This document shows positions 9,800-19,085 of a stretch of 64,000 nucleotides of DNA, piece after piece. Each line of letters starts with the position of its first letter. Positions within the stretch are counted from its first letter, which is position 1. The DNA comes from an uncultured virus (IMG/VR IMGVR_UViG_3300049893_000201). Lineage: Duplodnaviria > Heunggongvirae > Uroviricota > Caudoviricetes. The notes beneath the pieces were generated by a model, which saw only the letters and a list, made by a program, of their open reading frames with translations, was not told the origin of the DNA and did not search any database. The position numbers and the translations under genes are program-made. Where the stretch lies: the IMG/VR virus record IMGVR_UViG_3300049893_000201; one strand, given 5' to 3'.

Positions 9800-12637
9800 T
9801 TAAAATGCCCCTACTATATAATTAAATGGAATCATCTGACCACCATTTTCCATATAGTAGTTTGGGTTTTCGCCAGCAGGCATTTCCTGAACACTTTCTG
9901 GAGTCACCTGACTATATGCATTAAAGTATGCAGCTTCCGGTGTTAATGGATTGCTCTTACCCTTTGTCCAAACCATAGCTGCTACTCTTTCATCTATTTC
10001 CGGATGGTCTTCTAAGAACTTAGCAAATAGGTCTGCATCTTGCTGAGCATATAAAGCGTTTTCATTGGCAATCATATCTCTTCCTTTAACAAAGTCTATT
10101 AGGCCACCACTAGATGGATCCGTATGAAACTGAGGATACAAACTATTTAGTGCTTGAGCTTTAGCTCTATTTGTATAAGCATCACTAAGAGCATTAGTCC
10201 ATTCTTCACGTGCCTGTGCTTTAGCGTTATCGTAGTTTTGATTAAGTGTATTAACCTGATCAACATAATTTTGAAGACTTTGCAGGTTCTTAAGTCTACC
10301 TTGATTTACTATATCGGATACTTTATATGCAAACTCATTAGCTACACCTACGTTTTGGTTATTATAAGTACCCATAGTTTTAGCCACAATATTTGCAAGA
10401 TCTCCTTGTGTTTGCGAAAGTCTTGAACCTAATCCTTGTACAGACCCTGTAACACCTCTCATCATATCTCCTACACCACGAGCGGCTGCTTGTGATGCTG
10501 CAATTTCTTGCTCAGGATTATATGGAGTAGGCTGAGGAATATAAGGATTGTACTGTAACAAAGCTGGGTTATATCTTTTAATATTAGCCCAGTTAATAGC
10601 CGCAGATACATTTCTAATTTTATCTTGTAACCAGAAAGGAGAATATTGATCACCTCTTGTGTATTCAGGTGAGTTATAGTCATTTATTAATTTTTCTTCT
10701 TCTGTTATTTCATCTTTAAGCTCTTTTACTTTTCTTCCATAAAAGAAAGCATCAGCATGCTCTAAACCAAGTTGATTATCTACAGGTCTTCCTGTTCTAA
10801 ATAACTCAGGATCAAAAAAAGATTCTACCGCTCCGGCAAGACCTAACTCTTTTACTTTCTGAGTTTTACCTGCTTTATCGGTATATTCTATTTCACGATT
10901 TAATTTGGCTTTCTTGTCACCCTCTACAAATGCTTTAGTATAAAGTTTGCTAGGATTATTAATATTAGCCGCAATATGTGGATCATTAAGATCAAATCCT
11001 AGTGCATATAAATAAGCCTTTCTATTTGTAAGTTTTTCATTAGCGCTTAATGCGTCCCACTGATCAGGAGTAGCTGTAGGATTTTTAGCTTTATAGTAAC
11101 GGTATTCGTAAAAGTCAGGATTGGTATAACCATAAAATCCATTTTCTTCTCCTTGTTTTACAACATTATAGCCGTCTACACCTAAACCTATAACACCTGG
11201 TTTATTACCTCTAGAAAAGAAGTCTGTTAAAAATTCTTTTTCAGCAGTAGTCATTTCTTTTCTAGCGCCTGGTCTAATATTCCAACCAGTACCTTGTTTT
11301 ATAGCTAAACCCTTTTCTTCTAGTCTTTTTAAAATAGTATCGGCTTTTGCCTTATCAGCTGTAAGCTGTGCTTCACCACCAGGATAGTTTTCAATACCTG
11401 TAGACTGAGTAGATCTTAAAATTTTTGATTCGTCATATCCTTCAACTTGATAATATTTTCCATCTTCTTCATAAATATCCCCAGACTTTGTAGCTTCAGC
11501 TTTAGGTTTAATTTTACTTTTATCTGCTACCGCTGGTTTAGTTACTTTTTTTACAATATATCTTTTACCGTTTTTAACTACAATAGACTCACCTTCTTTT
11601 AGCTCAGGCTCTGTAGTTGTTCTAGTTACCGAAGGATTATAAGCCTTATCAAAATTTTCTATTCTTACACCGTTTCCATCTGTGTAGTAAACAGTACCGT
11701 CATCGTTTCTATGTAAGTATAAGCCGGTTCTTGGATCAGGTTTGTTAGCTAATTTCATTTGCTTTTCTTGCTGATCTTGCATTAATATTTCTTGAAGAAT
11801 AGTATTATATACTTGATTGTAGTGTTGTCTTTCGGCATCACGTCTAGCTCTTCTTTCAGCACGGCGAGCAATTCTAGGATTTATTTCTTCTTCTCCAGGT
11901 TGACCACCATTAGCAAACTGTCTTAATCTATTTGCTTGTCCGCCTCTTTGCCCCATCGGCATCCCTTCCATAGGTATAGGCTGCTCCATCATTTCTTCTT
12001 GAGGATTACTCATAGCTCCTTCCATCATCTCTTCTTGTAGAATTTGCTGACCAGCTGTAGAAGGATCTGTAGGTAAAAATAAAGATGGGTCTAAGTTATA
12101 CTTGTTAGTGTATGGTAAAGCTACTGTAGGAATTCCTCCAGGAAAGGATTTCATAGACTCTTGGATAAGAGCTAGTTTACCTAACTTAACATTATAGTTA
12201 GCTATAACTTTTTCAGCAGTATTAATTTGTAAAGCATCTGAATTAGGATCAGCTAATACTTTTCTATATGTATTGATGTCATACCTTTTAGCTATTTCAG
12301 CAGGAGTATATCCTCCTTTTTTTTCAGGCATGCCAAATTCTTCTAGTAATACCGGATCTTTGATTTTCATAGATTTAGTATCACTGAATATAAATGATTC
12401 AGGTGGTATAGCCAACGGTACTCCACCTTGAAAGTGTCTATTACCTTTAATAGTATAATGTGCAGGACCGCCATCTTTATTAGGTATAAGAACGGTTTCT
12501 CCACCCTCTGCCTCTAAGTTGGCTACATCTCTGTTTACTGCTGTTAGATTTTTACGTACGTCTACAGGTTTTTGTCCTAGCTTATTTGGAATATAAGTAG
12601 CAGCGGCCTGTTGACCACTAAGCATGTTTTTATACAT
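9800..12637 (-). CDS. Putative internal virion/cargo protein (945 aa)
   Basis: N-terminal EAEGGE...HFQGGV...FIFSD segment recalls crAss-like cargo proteins; several xxGG motifs. Confidence 0.6.
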   Translation of the reverse strand: MYKNMLSGQQAAATYIPNKLGQKPVDVRKNLTAVNRDVANLEAEGGETVLIPNKDGGPAHYTIKGNRHFQGGVPLAIPPESFIFSDTKSMKIKDPVLLEEFGMPEKKGGYTPAEIAKRYDINTYRKVLADPNSDALQINTAEKVIANYNVKLGKLALIQESMKSFPGGIPTVALPYTNKYNLDPSLFLPTDPSTAGQQILQEEMMEGAMSNPQEEMMEQPIPMEGMPMGQRGGQANRLRQFANGGQPGEEEINPRIARRAERRARRDAERQHYNQVYNTILQEILMQDQQEKQMKLANKPDPRTGLYLHRNDDGTVYYTDGNGVRIENFDKAYNPSVTRTTTEPELKEGESIVVKNGKRYIVKKVTKPAVADKSKIKPKAEATKSGDIYEEDGKYYQVEGYDESKILRSTQSTGIENYPGGEAQLTADKAKADTILKRLEEKGLAIKQGTGWNIRPGARKEMTTAEKEFLTDFFSRGNKPGVIGLGVDGYNVVKQGEENGFYGYTNPDFYEYRYYKAKNPTATPDQWDALSANEKLTNRKAYLYALGFDLNDPHIAANINNPSKLYTKAFVEGDKKAKLNREIEYTDKAGKTQKVKELGLAGAVESFFDPELFRTGRPVDNQLGLEHADAFFYGRKVKELKDEITEEEKLINDYNSPEYTRGDQYSPFWLQDKIRNVSAAINWANIKRYNPALLQYNPYIPQPTPYNPEQEIAASQAAARGVGDMMRGVTGSVQGLGSRLSQTQGDLANIVAKTMGTYNNQNVGVANEFAYKVSDIVNQGRLKNLQSLQNYVDQVNTLNQNYDNAKAQAREEWTNALSDAYTNRAKAQALNSLYPQFHTDPSSGGLIDFVKGRDMIANENALYAQQDADLFAKFLEDHPEIDERVAAMVWTKGKSNPLTPEAAYFNAYSQVTPESVQEMPAGENPNYYMENGGQMIPFNYIVGAF

Positions 12638-12638
12638 A

Positions 12639-15600
12639 TTATTCTAAGTATGAAAGTTTAACACCACGTTTTAATAATTCATCTATCTGACTTTGAGTAA
12701 GATATATCTCGTCACCTTGTTTAAGGTTGTTATACATACTACCACCCATTTGAGCAAAGCCTGTATTTATAACAGGTGGCTCAGCACCACGAGGTCCCAT
12801 ATATTTACCGGTAAGAGGATGGTACTGACCCCAACTATTATCCACATCTGCAAATAGTTCACTAGCTTGTGAAGCTTTTAGCGTTTGGTCTTTCGCTCTT
12901 TTTGTTTCATCTAAGTTAAAAAAACCAGTAGCAAGATTTATATTTCTTATTGCTTTCCAGGGATCTCTCTTAGTCTTATCTTTAAACTTAGTTTTTTTCC
13001 AAAACGGATCTTCTATAAACCAAGTATTAGGCTTATCTTTTTGATCATACTCCGTACCGGCATCAACAGCCCTTATTCTTTCCATTGCTAATTCTTGTTC
13101 CGTTTTAGCTTTAGGTTGAACAGGCATTCCAGTATCAGGATCTATAGGTCCCATGTTAGCTAAAGCTTCATCATCTATAAAGTTGGTAAAGTCAATAGCT
13201 GATGAGCCTACTTCATTAGATCCTATATCACCTTGATATTTTTTTATGAATTTACCTAAAGATCCTCCTGTTTTCTGAAAGTATTTAGGCGCAACATAAC
13301 CAGTGTTAGGATCAAAATAAGTTTGATCTATATAATCTTGTGTAGCATCAGATCTTCCCGACCAGGCATTATACTGAAGCCCTGGGGTTTTCATTCCTGT
13401 TAAAGGCCCTGCTGTAATATTCTGACTATCTATGTTTCCATATAAAACTTTTCTATAGTCAGTTAAACTAGAAGTAAATGCTTGAGGATCGTCATTATAC
13501 TGCTGTTTAATAAGATCTTTATTTTCAGACCACAACTTATCAGTATTTTCTCTTAACCATTTTCTATATTCAAAGTTACTGTATACAGGTTGACCTTTAC
13601 CAGTATATCCCTTATCTACACCTGCTGCGGCAAGCATAAATTGTCTAGGGTCGTAACCGCTATTAAATATTTGGTCACCAGCCATATCTTTTAGTGGAGC
13701 AGGCATATCATTGTAACTATCCATTATAGCTTTTTTACCCGCTTTAGATAAGTTAGTATCCCACGCTTTAGGCATGTTATTACTATAAATACCGTTATCG
13801 CTAACAATATTTTGATCGCGCCAATCTTTATTAAATATATCGGGTTGTGTAGTAGCAAAATAATCTTTTTCATTTTGACCAATCATATTCTGCATTCTAC
13901 CTTGATCCCAACTTGGAATATTAGATCCTGAAGATTGACTCGGCGTACCAGATGGTGCAGAACCAGGATTAAGAGCACTCTTAGCTTTCTCTAATAGCTG
14001 GTTATACAAAGGGTCATTGTCTCCAGCTATAAAATTTCTCATAGTACTGGTACCATTACCTAGATCATTTTTATACTGGTTATACCAGTAATCAGCTATT
14101 ACTTTAGCTTGTTCTTCAGGAGTTTTTGCAGCTCCCCACAACTTGTCATATTTATTTTTTACAACATCTATTGTAGCAAAGTCGTATTCATTAACTCCTT
14201 TTTTATTAAATCCTTTTTTATTAAATCCTGAAGGTAGCTTTTGCTGAGTACCATAACCAGGTACATTAGGATATTCTGGAGAACCAGGAACATATCCTGA
14301 CTGAAATGGTGCTTCTGGTGCAAACTCATCTGTATTAACCGGACCTACTTGTGGTTTTTCCATAGTACCTGGATAATCTTGCCATCCACCACTTGGTGGG
14401 AAATTACCTTGTCCAGGACGGAAAGTCCAGTCATAAGCACTTTGAATAGCTGGACTATCTATAGGGGGAGTTGTAACTCCTGTATTACCTGTAGTAGTTG
14501 TAGTACCGGCTCCAGGTGCTGTTTGTGTTTGTGTAGAAACTCCAGGTGCTGGCGTGTTACCCTGATTAGCAAATGGGTCACCAGATAACTTACCATACTG
14601 CCAGCTAATAGACTTAATTTCTTTATTTCTATTCTTAGGGAATAAAGCTTTTCTATATTCAATATGTGGTAATGCTCCAAGTAATGCAGCATCATCTAAA
14701 GCTCCAGATTGCATAGCTTTTCTAAAGCCCGGTGTAAATTTATTTCTTTCTGTAAAACTATATGTGTCTTTATTAGTATTACCCCTACGGTCATACGTAT
14801 CATAAGGTGTATAGTAGTTAGGGCTATATACATCATCAGCATTTGCTGGAGAGTACATTTGACCATCTGGGGTAACAATGTATTTTCTACCATTGGCATC
14901 CGTATGCCAAGTGTATCCTTCAAATGGATTAGCTGCCGGAGCAGTTGTTGTAGTATTACCTGATGTAGTAGTATTTCCAGAACCAGCTGTATTAACATCT
15001 GTATTATTAGCAGTAACATTATCATTTGTTGTATTACTACCTGTAGTAGTATTAGAACCAAATCTTTCAGCATCTGCTTTTCTCTTTTCCTCCATATACT
15101 TATTAAACTCCTCAGTTGACATATTTGCTGTGCTAGGGCCTTCGTCTCCTTGAAATATAGGAATTAATGTACCACCGTCATTAAATGACGCTTTAGTATA
15201 ATTTACAGGATTACCGTCTGAGTTAATCCAAGGGTTATCCTCTCTAAACTTATCCATAAACCCTAATCTCCACTTAGTTTTTTCTTTAGTGTATTTTTGA
15301 TTAGGCTGTATAATACGATTCATTTTAGCAAAATCCTGTAGAGACTGCGTAAACGGCCTAGCTTTTTCATAAGCACTAGCAAATATTCTTAAAGAAGAAG
15401 GGTCATAAGTATTCTGCATTTGGTTCTGACCTGTAGTCATTCCATAAGCAGCCATTTCTATTTCCTGTTGGCTGTAATCTACAGTCTCATCATCACCTCT
15501 CATAGCTCTCATAGCTTCTTTAAGCAAGTTGCTTTCAAGATTTTCTTGAGCAACTCCCCTAACTTTATTTATAAAACCATTTACTTTATTAGTATAAAAG

Positions 15601-15827
15601 TTATCTGTGGCACCGCTCTCATCTTCCATATCTCCCCCCTGTTGCATAAACGGATAATTTTTACCATAGTAGTGGTTAAAGTTATCTCGGGTTCTTTGCA
15701 TAATTCCAGAACCTATTTGATACTGAGGTAGTTGGCCACCCATCGGAGGCATACTTGGGACACCTCCACCATTTGGCATGGTTAAGAATAAAGCGCCACC
15801 GTCTTGATACTTTTTGTTCTTCTTCAT
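12639..15827 (-). CDS. Modular cargo protein (1062 aa) with low-complexity Thr/Gly/Pro linkers and a possible GH108-like muramidase region
   Basis: Long ORF with repeated xxGG motifs; MPAPLKDMAGDQIFNSG resembles the GH108 LP..L....D..FNSG segment. Confidence 0.55.
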   Translation of the reverse strand: MKKNKKYQDGGALFLTMPNGGGVPSMPPMGGQLPQYQIGSGIMQRTRDNFNHYYGKNYPFMQQGGDMEDESGATDNFYTNKVNGFINKVRGVAQENLESNLLKEAMRAMRGDDETVDYSQQEIEMAAYGMTTGQNQMQNTYDPSSLRIFASAYEKARPFTQSLQDFAKMNRIIQPNQKYTKEKTKWRLGFMDKFREDNPWINSDGNPVNYTKASFNDGGTLIPIFQGDEGPSTANMSTEEFNKYMEEKRKADAERFGSNTTTGSNTTNDNVTANNTDVNTAGSGNTTTSGNTTTTAPAANPFEGYTWHTDANGRKYIVTPDGQMYSPANADDVYSPNYYTPYDTYDRRGNTNKDTYSFTERNKFTPGFRKAMQSGALDDAALLGALPHIEYRKALFPKNRNKEIKSISWQYGKLSGDPFANQGNTPAPGVSTQTQTAPGAGTTTTTGNTGVTTPPIDSPAIQSAYDWTFRPGQGNFPPSGGWQDYPGTMEKPQVGPVNTDEFAPEAPFQSGYVPGSPEYPNVPGYGTQQKLPSGFNKKGFNKKGVNEYDFATIDVVKNKYDKLWGAAKTPEEQAKVIADYWYNQYKNDLGNGTSTMRNFIAGDNDPLYNQLLEKAKSALNPGSAPSGTPSQSSGSNIPSWDQGRMQNMIGQNEKDYFATTQPDIFNKDWRDQNIVSDNGIYSNNMPKAWDTNLSKAGKKAIMDSYNDMPAPLKDMAGDQIFNSGYDPRQFMLAAAGVDKGYTGKGQPVYSNFEYRKWLRENTDKLWSENKDLIKQQYNDDPQAFTSSLTDYRKVLYGNIDSQNITAGPLTGMKTPGLQYNAWSGRSDATQDYIDQTYFDPNTGYVAPKYFQKTGGSLGKFIKKYQGDIGSNEVGSSAIDFTNFIDDEALANMGPIDPDTGMPVQPKAKTEQELAMERIRAVDAGTEYDQKDKPNTWFIEDPFWKKTKFKDKTKRDPWKAIRNINLATGFFNLDETKRAKDQTLKASQASELFADVDNSWGQYHPLTGKYMGPRGAEPPVINTGFAQMGGSMYNNLKQGDEIYLTQSQIDELLKRGVKLSYLE

Positions 15828-15869
15828 GATTCTGCTAATATAAGCATTATAGTTATAAGATACTGATTT

Positions 15870-18800
15870 TTACTTGGTTTTCCAATTCTTAGGCAAGCTG
15901 TTTACTTTTACTCTTTTTAATTCTCCTCCTTGTTTTTTATAAGGAATATAATCAATAGGTTCCATTGGACCATTATCTCCTTCTGAAGTATCATGTAACC
16001 AATTTTGGAAAGCTTGCTCGTATTCTTTTTCATACTGAGGAAGATTACCTTTGTAGGTATAGTAGTTCATTCTCTTAACGTTATTCATCCAACGAGCTAA
16101 TTGATCTTCTGATTTAGGACTAGCAAACTGAAAATCACTACCTGAGCCATTATCCCAGTAAAATCCTTTTTGATTTGGAGCAGCATTGCCTCTCCATGCT
16201 TCAGGCATATTAGATGCATCTCCGGTAGATATCATAGTGTGACCAAACCCGCTGTTTCTTACAACTTGTGCTATGTCCCCAGGAAGTAACTGATCGTAAC
16301 TTGTTGGATACCATCCGTTTTCAGGAGTAGCTTCTTTCATAAGTTTATATCCAGACGCCACTTGATTAATAGGAAAACCTGCTTCACGTTCTGCTTCACA
16401 TGCTCGTGTAGTACAATAAGGTTGACCTTCAGGAAGACGAACTTTAAATGGCCTATTATCTGAAGTAGCATCATGACTAATAGCAATTGGAATAATTTGA
16501 TTTCTCATATTAGCAATTCTTCTTTTTTCTTGGTTAAGTTTTATTGCTGCGCTATTGTAATCAAACTCGCTATCCGATGTTGATTCATCACCATTTTGAG
16601 CTTTAGGTAAAGACTTTATTTTAACTCTTCTAAGGTCTGGTATGGATATATCTCCTCCATTTGCTTTTTTAGGATAAATATAATCTGTTACTTTAGCCCT
16701 ATCTCTCCACATACTTGGTAAAATAAATTCATTAGATCTAGGATTACCATAAGTTTCAGTAACGGCAAGCGATTGATATTGAGGTAATATTTTTTTAGGT
16801 ACTTTTACTTCTAACATCTGTAAAGGGCCATGCATATCTTGGCCAGGAAACATTTGAAAATCAATATCCGGATGATCTGAACTCCACCAGTTTCCTTCTA
16901 TACTTTGTGGATAGTATTGCGCAATTACTCTTTCACCATCCATAATAGCTGTTTTCCATACTTCTGGCTCACTTAATATCATCGAAGCTACGCCGGGATC
17001 ATTATATAATTCAGAAAAATCCATACTCCAATCTATATAACGTTCATCATGGGGATTAGAAAAAGAAGGAAAAGTTCTCCCCTTAGGTTCAACTCTATAT
17101 AGCGAAGTTAAACCTGTATCCATTTCTTTGTGACCTCTTAGCCAATTAGGTTTGCCTTCAAATACTCGAATGTCTGTTCCTGGAACACTACTTAAAGTAG
17201 CACCTGTTTCTGGATCTAATACTCTGTGAGCATAATGTCTACCTTTAATAGGTTTACCCGTTACAGGATTTATCTCTCCTCTTTTAAAAGTTGGTAATCC
17301 TGTTTCAAAAACTACACCTCCCTCTTCTGGTAAATAACTAAGGTCAGCATATCCTTTTTGAAAAGAAGGAAATGCTGTAGGTCTTTGTGTTAGTTTTTCC
17401 GCAAAAGACATTCCAGGTTTAGGCATTGGCGTATAAGATCTTAATATACCCGTTTCTGCAAAATCATCAAATGCATCCATTCCCGCTACTCGGTAAGATT
17501 TTTCAGGAGTTCTTAATTTAGAATATCCAGAAAAAGTTCCTTCAGGTAAATATTTATATACTTGAGGTGCTCTAGCATATCTCAATGGCGTTTGTGTAGT
17601 AAGAAATGTACCAGCACTCTTTAATAATGGTGATGCAGCTTTTGCTGCAGGAACAAAAGCAGCTAAATCTAAATAATTACCTAATGTTTCGTCTCTAGTC
17701 TTTGGATCAAAAAACCCTAATGTATTTGTTAGAAGATATTCTCCTGGATTATCAGCAAATTTTTCTGATTGTCTAGTAAAAGCATTTGCTATAAAAGCTG
17801 GCATACCTAATGCCATATCTACAACAGCTCCCATAGGATTAGGGTCACCATATGGATTATGCATACCTAAATATCCACTTGGTATATAACCACCTCTATT
17901 AACTGCTGCCATGCTTTCCATGGGATGGCTTACAGCTGTCCAAGCACGTCTTGCAAATTTCTCAGCTTCACCTCTTTTATCTGCAGTAAGCGTATCTGGA
18001 TTTCTAAGCGCATTGGGTAAAGCTTCATAAGCTCTTTGTGCAGCTACTTGTTTACTATAAGCATCCAAACCACCTGCCTCATTTATAATATTTTTAAGAT
18101 ACTCACCTTGAGCTTTAAGCTGAGATGTAGGACCACTAGTAGATTCTGCTACATTTGTTGAATTAGTTGTAAAAGGTTTAGATTTATATTTACTAAAAGC
18201 ATTTGCATACGGATTAGTATTATTTAAATTAAGACCAAGAGATGGTTTATATGTAAAATAAGATTTCTTTTTCTTAGGATCACCAGGACCACCTTTATCA
18301 GCTTTAGGTAAAGATCCTCCTTCTTTTTTAAAGAAGTAATTCCAAGTATTATCTATTGCATCTCCAAAATATTTTTTAGTGTTATTATAATAGTTTTTAG
18401 CTGCTTTAGAACCTTCCTCAATACCATAATCTACTATATCCCTAACTCCTTCTGCCATATCAACTCTATTGCCCCTAATATCAGACTTTTGAAAATCAGA
18501 ATTTGCTAAAACATAGTCCATTACTAATGCCGGATCAGTAATACCAAAGCTTTTTAATGATTCTGGATTTATGCCTAAGCCTTCACAATTTTGGTCGGCA
18601 CAGTTGTTTTTAATAAAGTTATAATCTTTTTTTAAGTTAGCAGCATATAGCCATTTTGCAAGCTGTCCTTGATTAGGTCTAATATTTACAGATCTTACAG
18701 TCGGGTTATTTAAATCGTTGTAATAAACTTTATTATTTCCCTCTGGCCAAGGATTTATCCTTGTTCTAGCTGGATACATACCTGATATACTATACTCTTC

Positions 18801-19085
18801 TCCTGTAGTAGGACTTTTATAATTAAGCACAGATTCCATATGTCCAGGAAGCATGTCCTTATAACCGTAGGGATAGTTTATAAGTTTTATTGAATAATTA
18901 GGATCAGCAAGTATAGCCTCGTATAAAGATTTTAATTCAGGATTAGCTAAGACTTCATTTTTTATTTTGAGTCCTTGTTTATCTAGGGAATCCGCTTTAA
19001 TTTCTACTGGATTTAAAGTATATATATCAGTAGGCGGTATACCATCTTGTGCCTTAGGCAATTCTAAAATTTTTACTTTTTTCAT
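15870..19085 (-). CDS. Polyvalent cargo protein (1071 aa): permuted papain-like, ART-like and NlpC/P60-like modules separated by a repeated linker
   Basis: GHMES...YNFIKNNC; LYRV...WWSS...NEFILP; YCTTRAC...PGDI...GHTMI; four copies of the KVKxxxLPK / KKxGG linker. Confidence 0.6.
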   Translation of the reverse strand: MKKVKILELPKAQDGIPPTDIYTLNPVEIKADSLDKQGLKIKNEVLANPELKSLYEAILADPNYSIKLINYPYGYKDMLPGHMESVLNYKSPTTGEEYSISGMYPARTRINPWPEGNNKVYYNDLNNPTVRSVNIRPNQGQLAKWLYAANLKKDYNFIKNNCADQNCEGLGINPESLKSFGITDPALVMDYVLANSDFQKSDIRGNRVDMAEGVRDIVDYGIEEGSKAAKNYYNNTKKYFGDAIDNTWNYFFKKEGGSLPKADKGGPGDPKKKKSYFTYKPSLGLNLNNTNPYANAFSKYKSKPFTTNSTNVAESTSGPTSQLKAQGEYLKNIINEAGGLDAYSKQVAAQRAYEALPNALRNPDTLTADKRGEAEKFARRAWTAVSHPMESMAAVNRGGYIPSGYLGMHNPYGDPNPMGAVVDMALGMPAFIANAFTRQSEKFADNPGEYLLTNTLGFFDPKTRDETLGNYLDLAAFVPAAKAASPLLKSAGTFLTTQTPLRYARAPQVYKYLPEGTFSGYSKLRTPEKSYRVAGMDAFDDFAETGILRSYTPMPKPGMSFAEKLTQRPTAFPSFQKGYADLSYLPEEGGVVFETGLPTFKRGEINPVTGKPIKGRHYAHRVLDPETGATLSSVPGTDIRVFEGKPNWLRGHKEMDTGLTSLYRVEPKGRTFPSFSNPHDERYIDWSMDFSELYNDPGVASMILSEPEVWKTAIMDGERVIAQYYPQSIEGNWWSSDHPDIDFQMFPGQDMHGPLQMLEVKVPKKILPQYQSLAVTETYGNPRSNEFILPSMWRDRAKVTDYIYPKKANGGDISIPDLRRVKIKSLPKAQNGDESTSDSEFDYNSAAIKLNQEKRRIANMRNQIIPIAISHDATSDNRPFKVRLPEGQPYCTTRACEAEREAGFPINQVASGYKLMKEATPENGWYPTSYDQLLPGDIAQVVRNSGFGHTMISTGDASNMPEAWRGNAAPNQKGFYWDNGSGSDFQFASPKSEDQLARWMNNVKRMNYYTYKGNLPQYEKEYEQAFQNWLHDTSEGDNGPMEPIDYIPYKKQGGELKRVKVNSLPKNWKTK

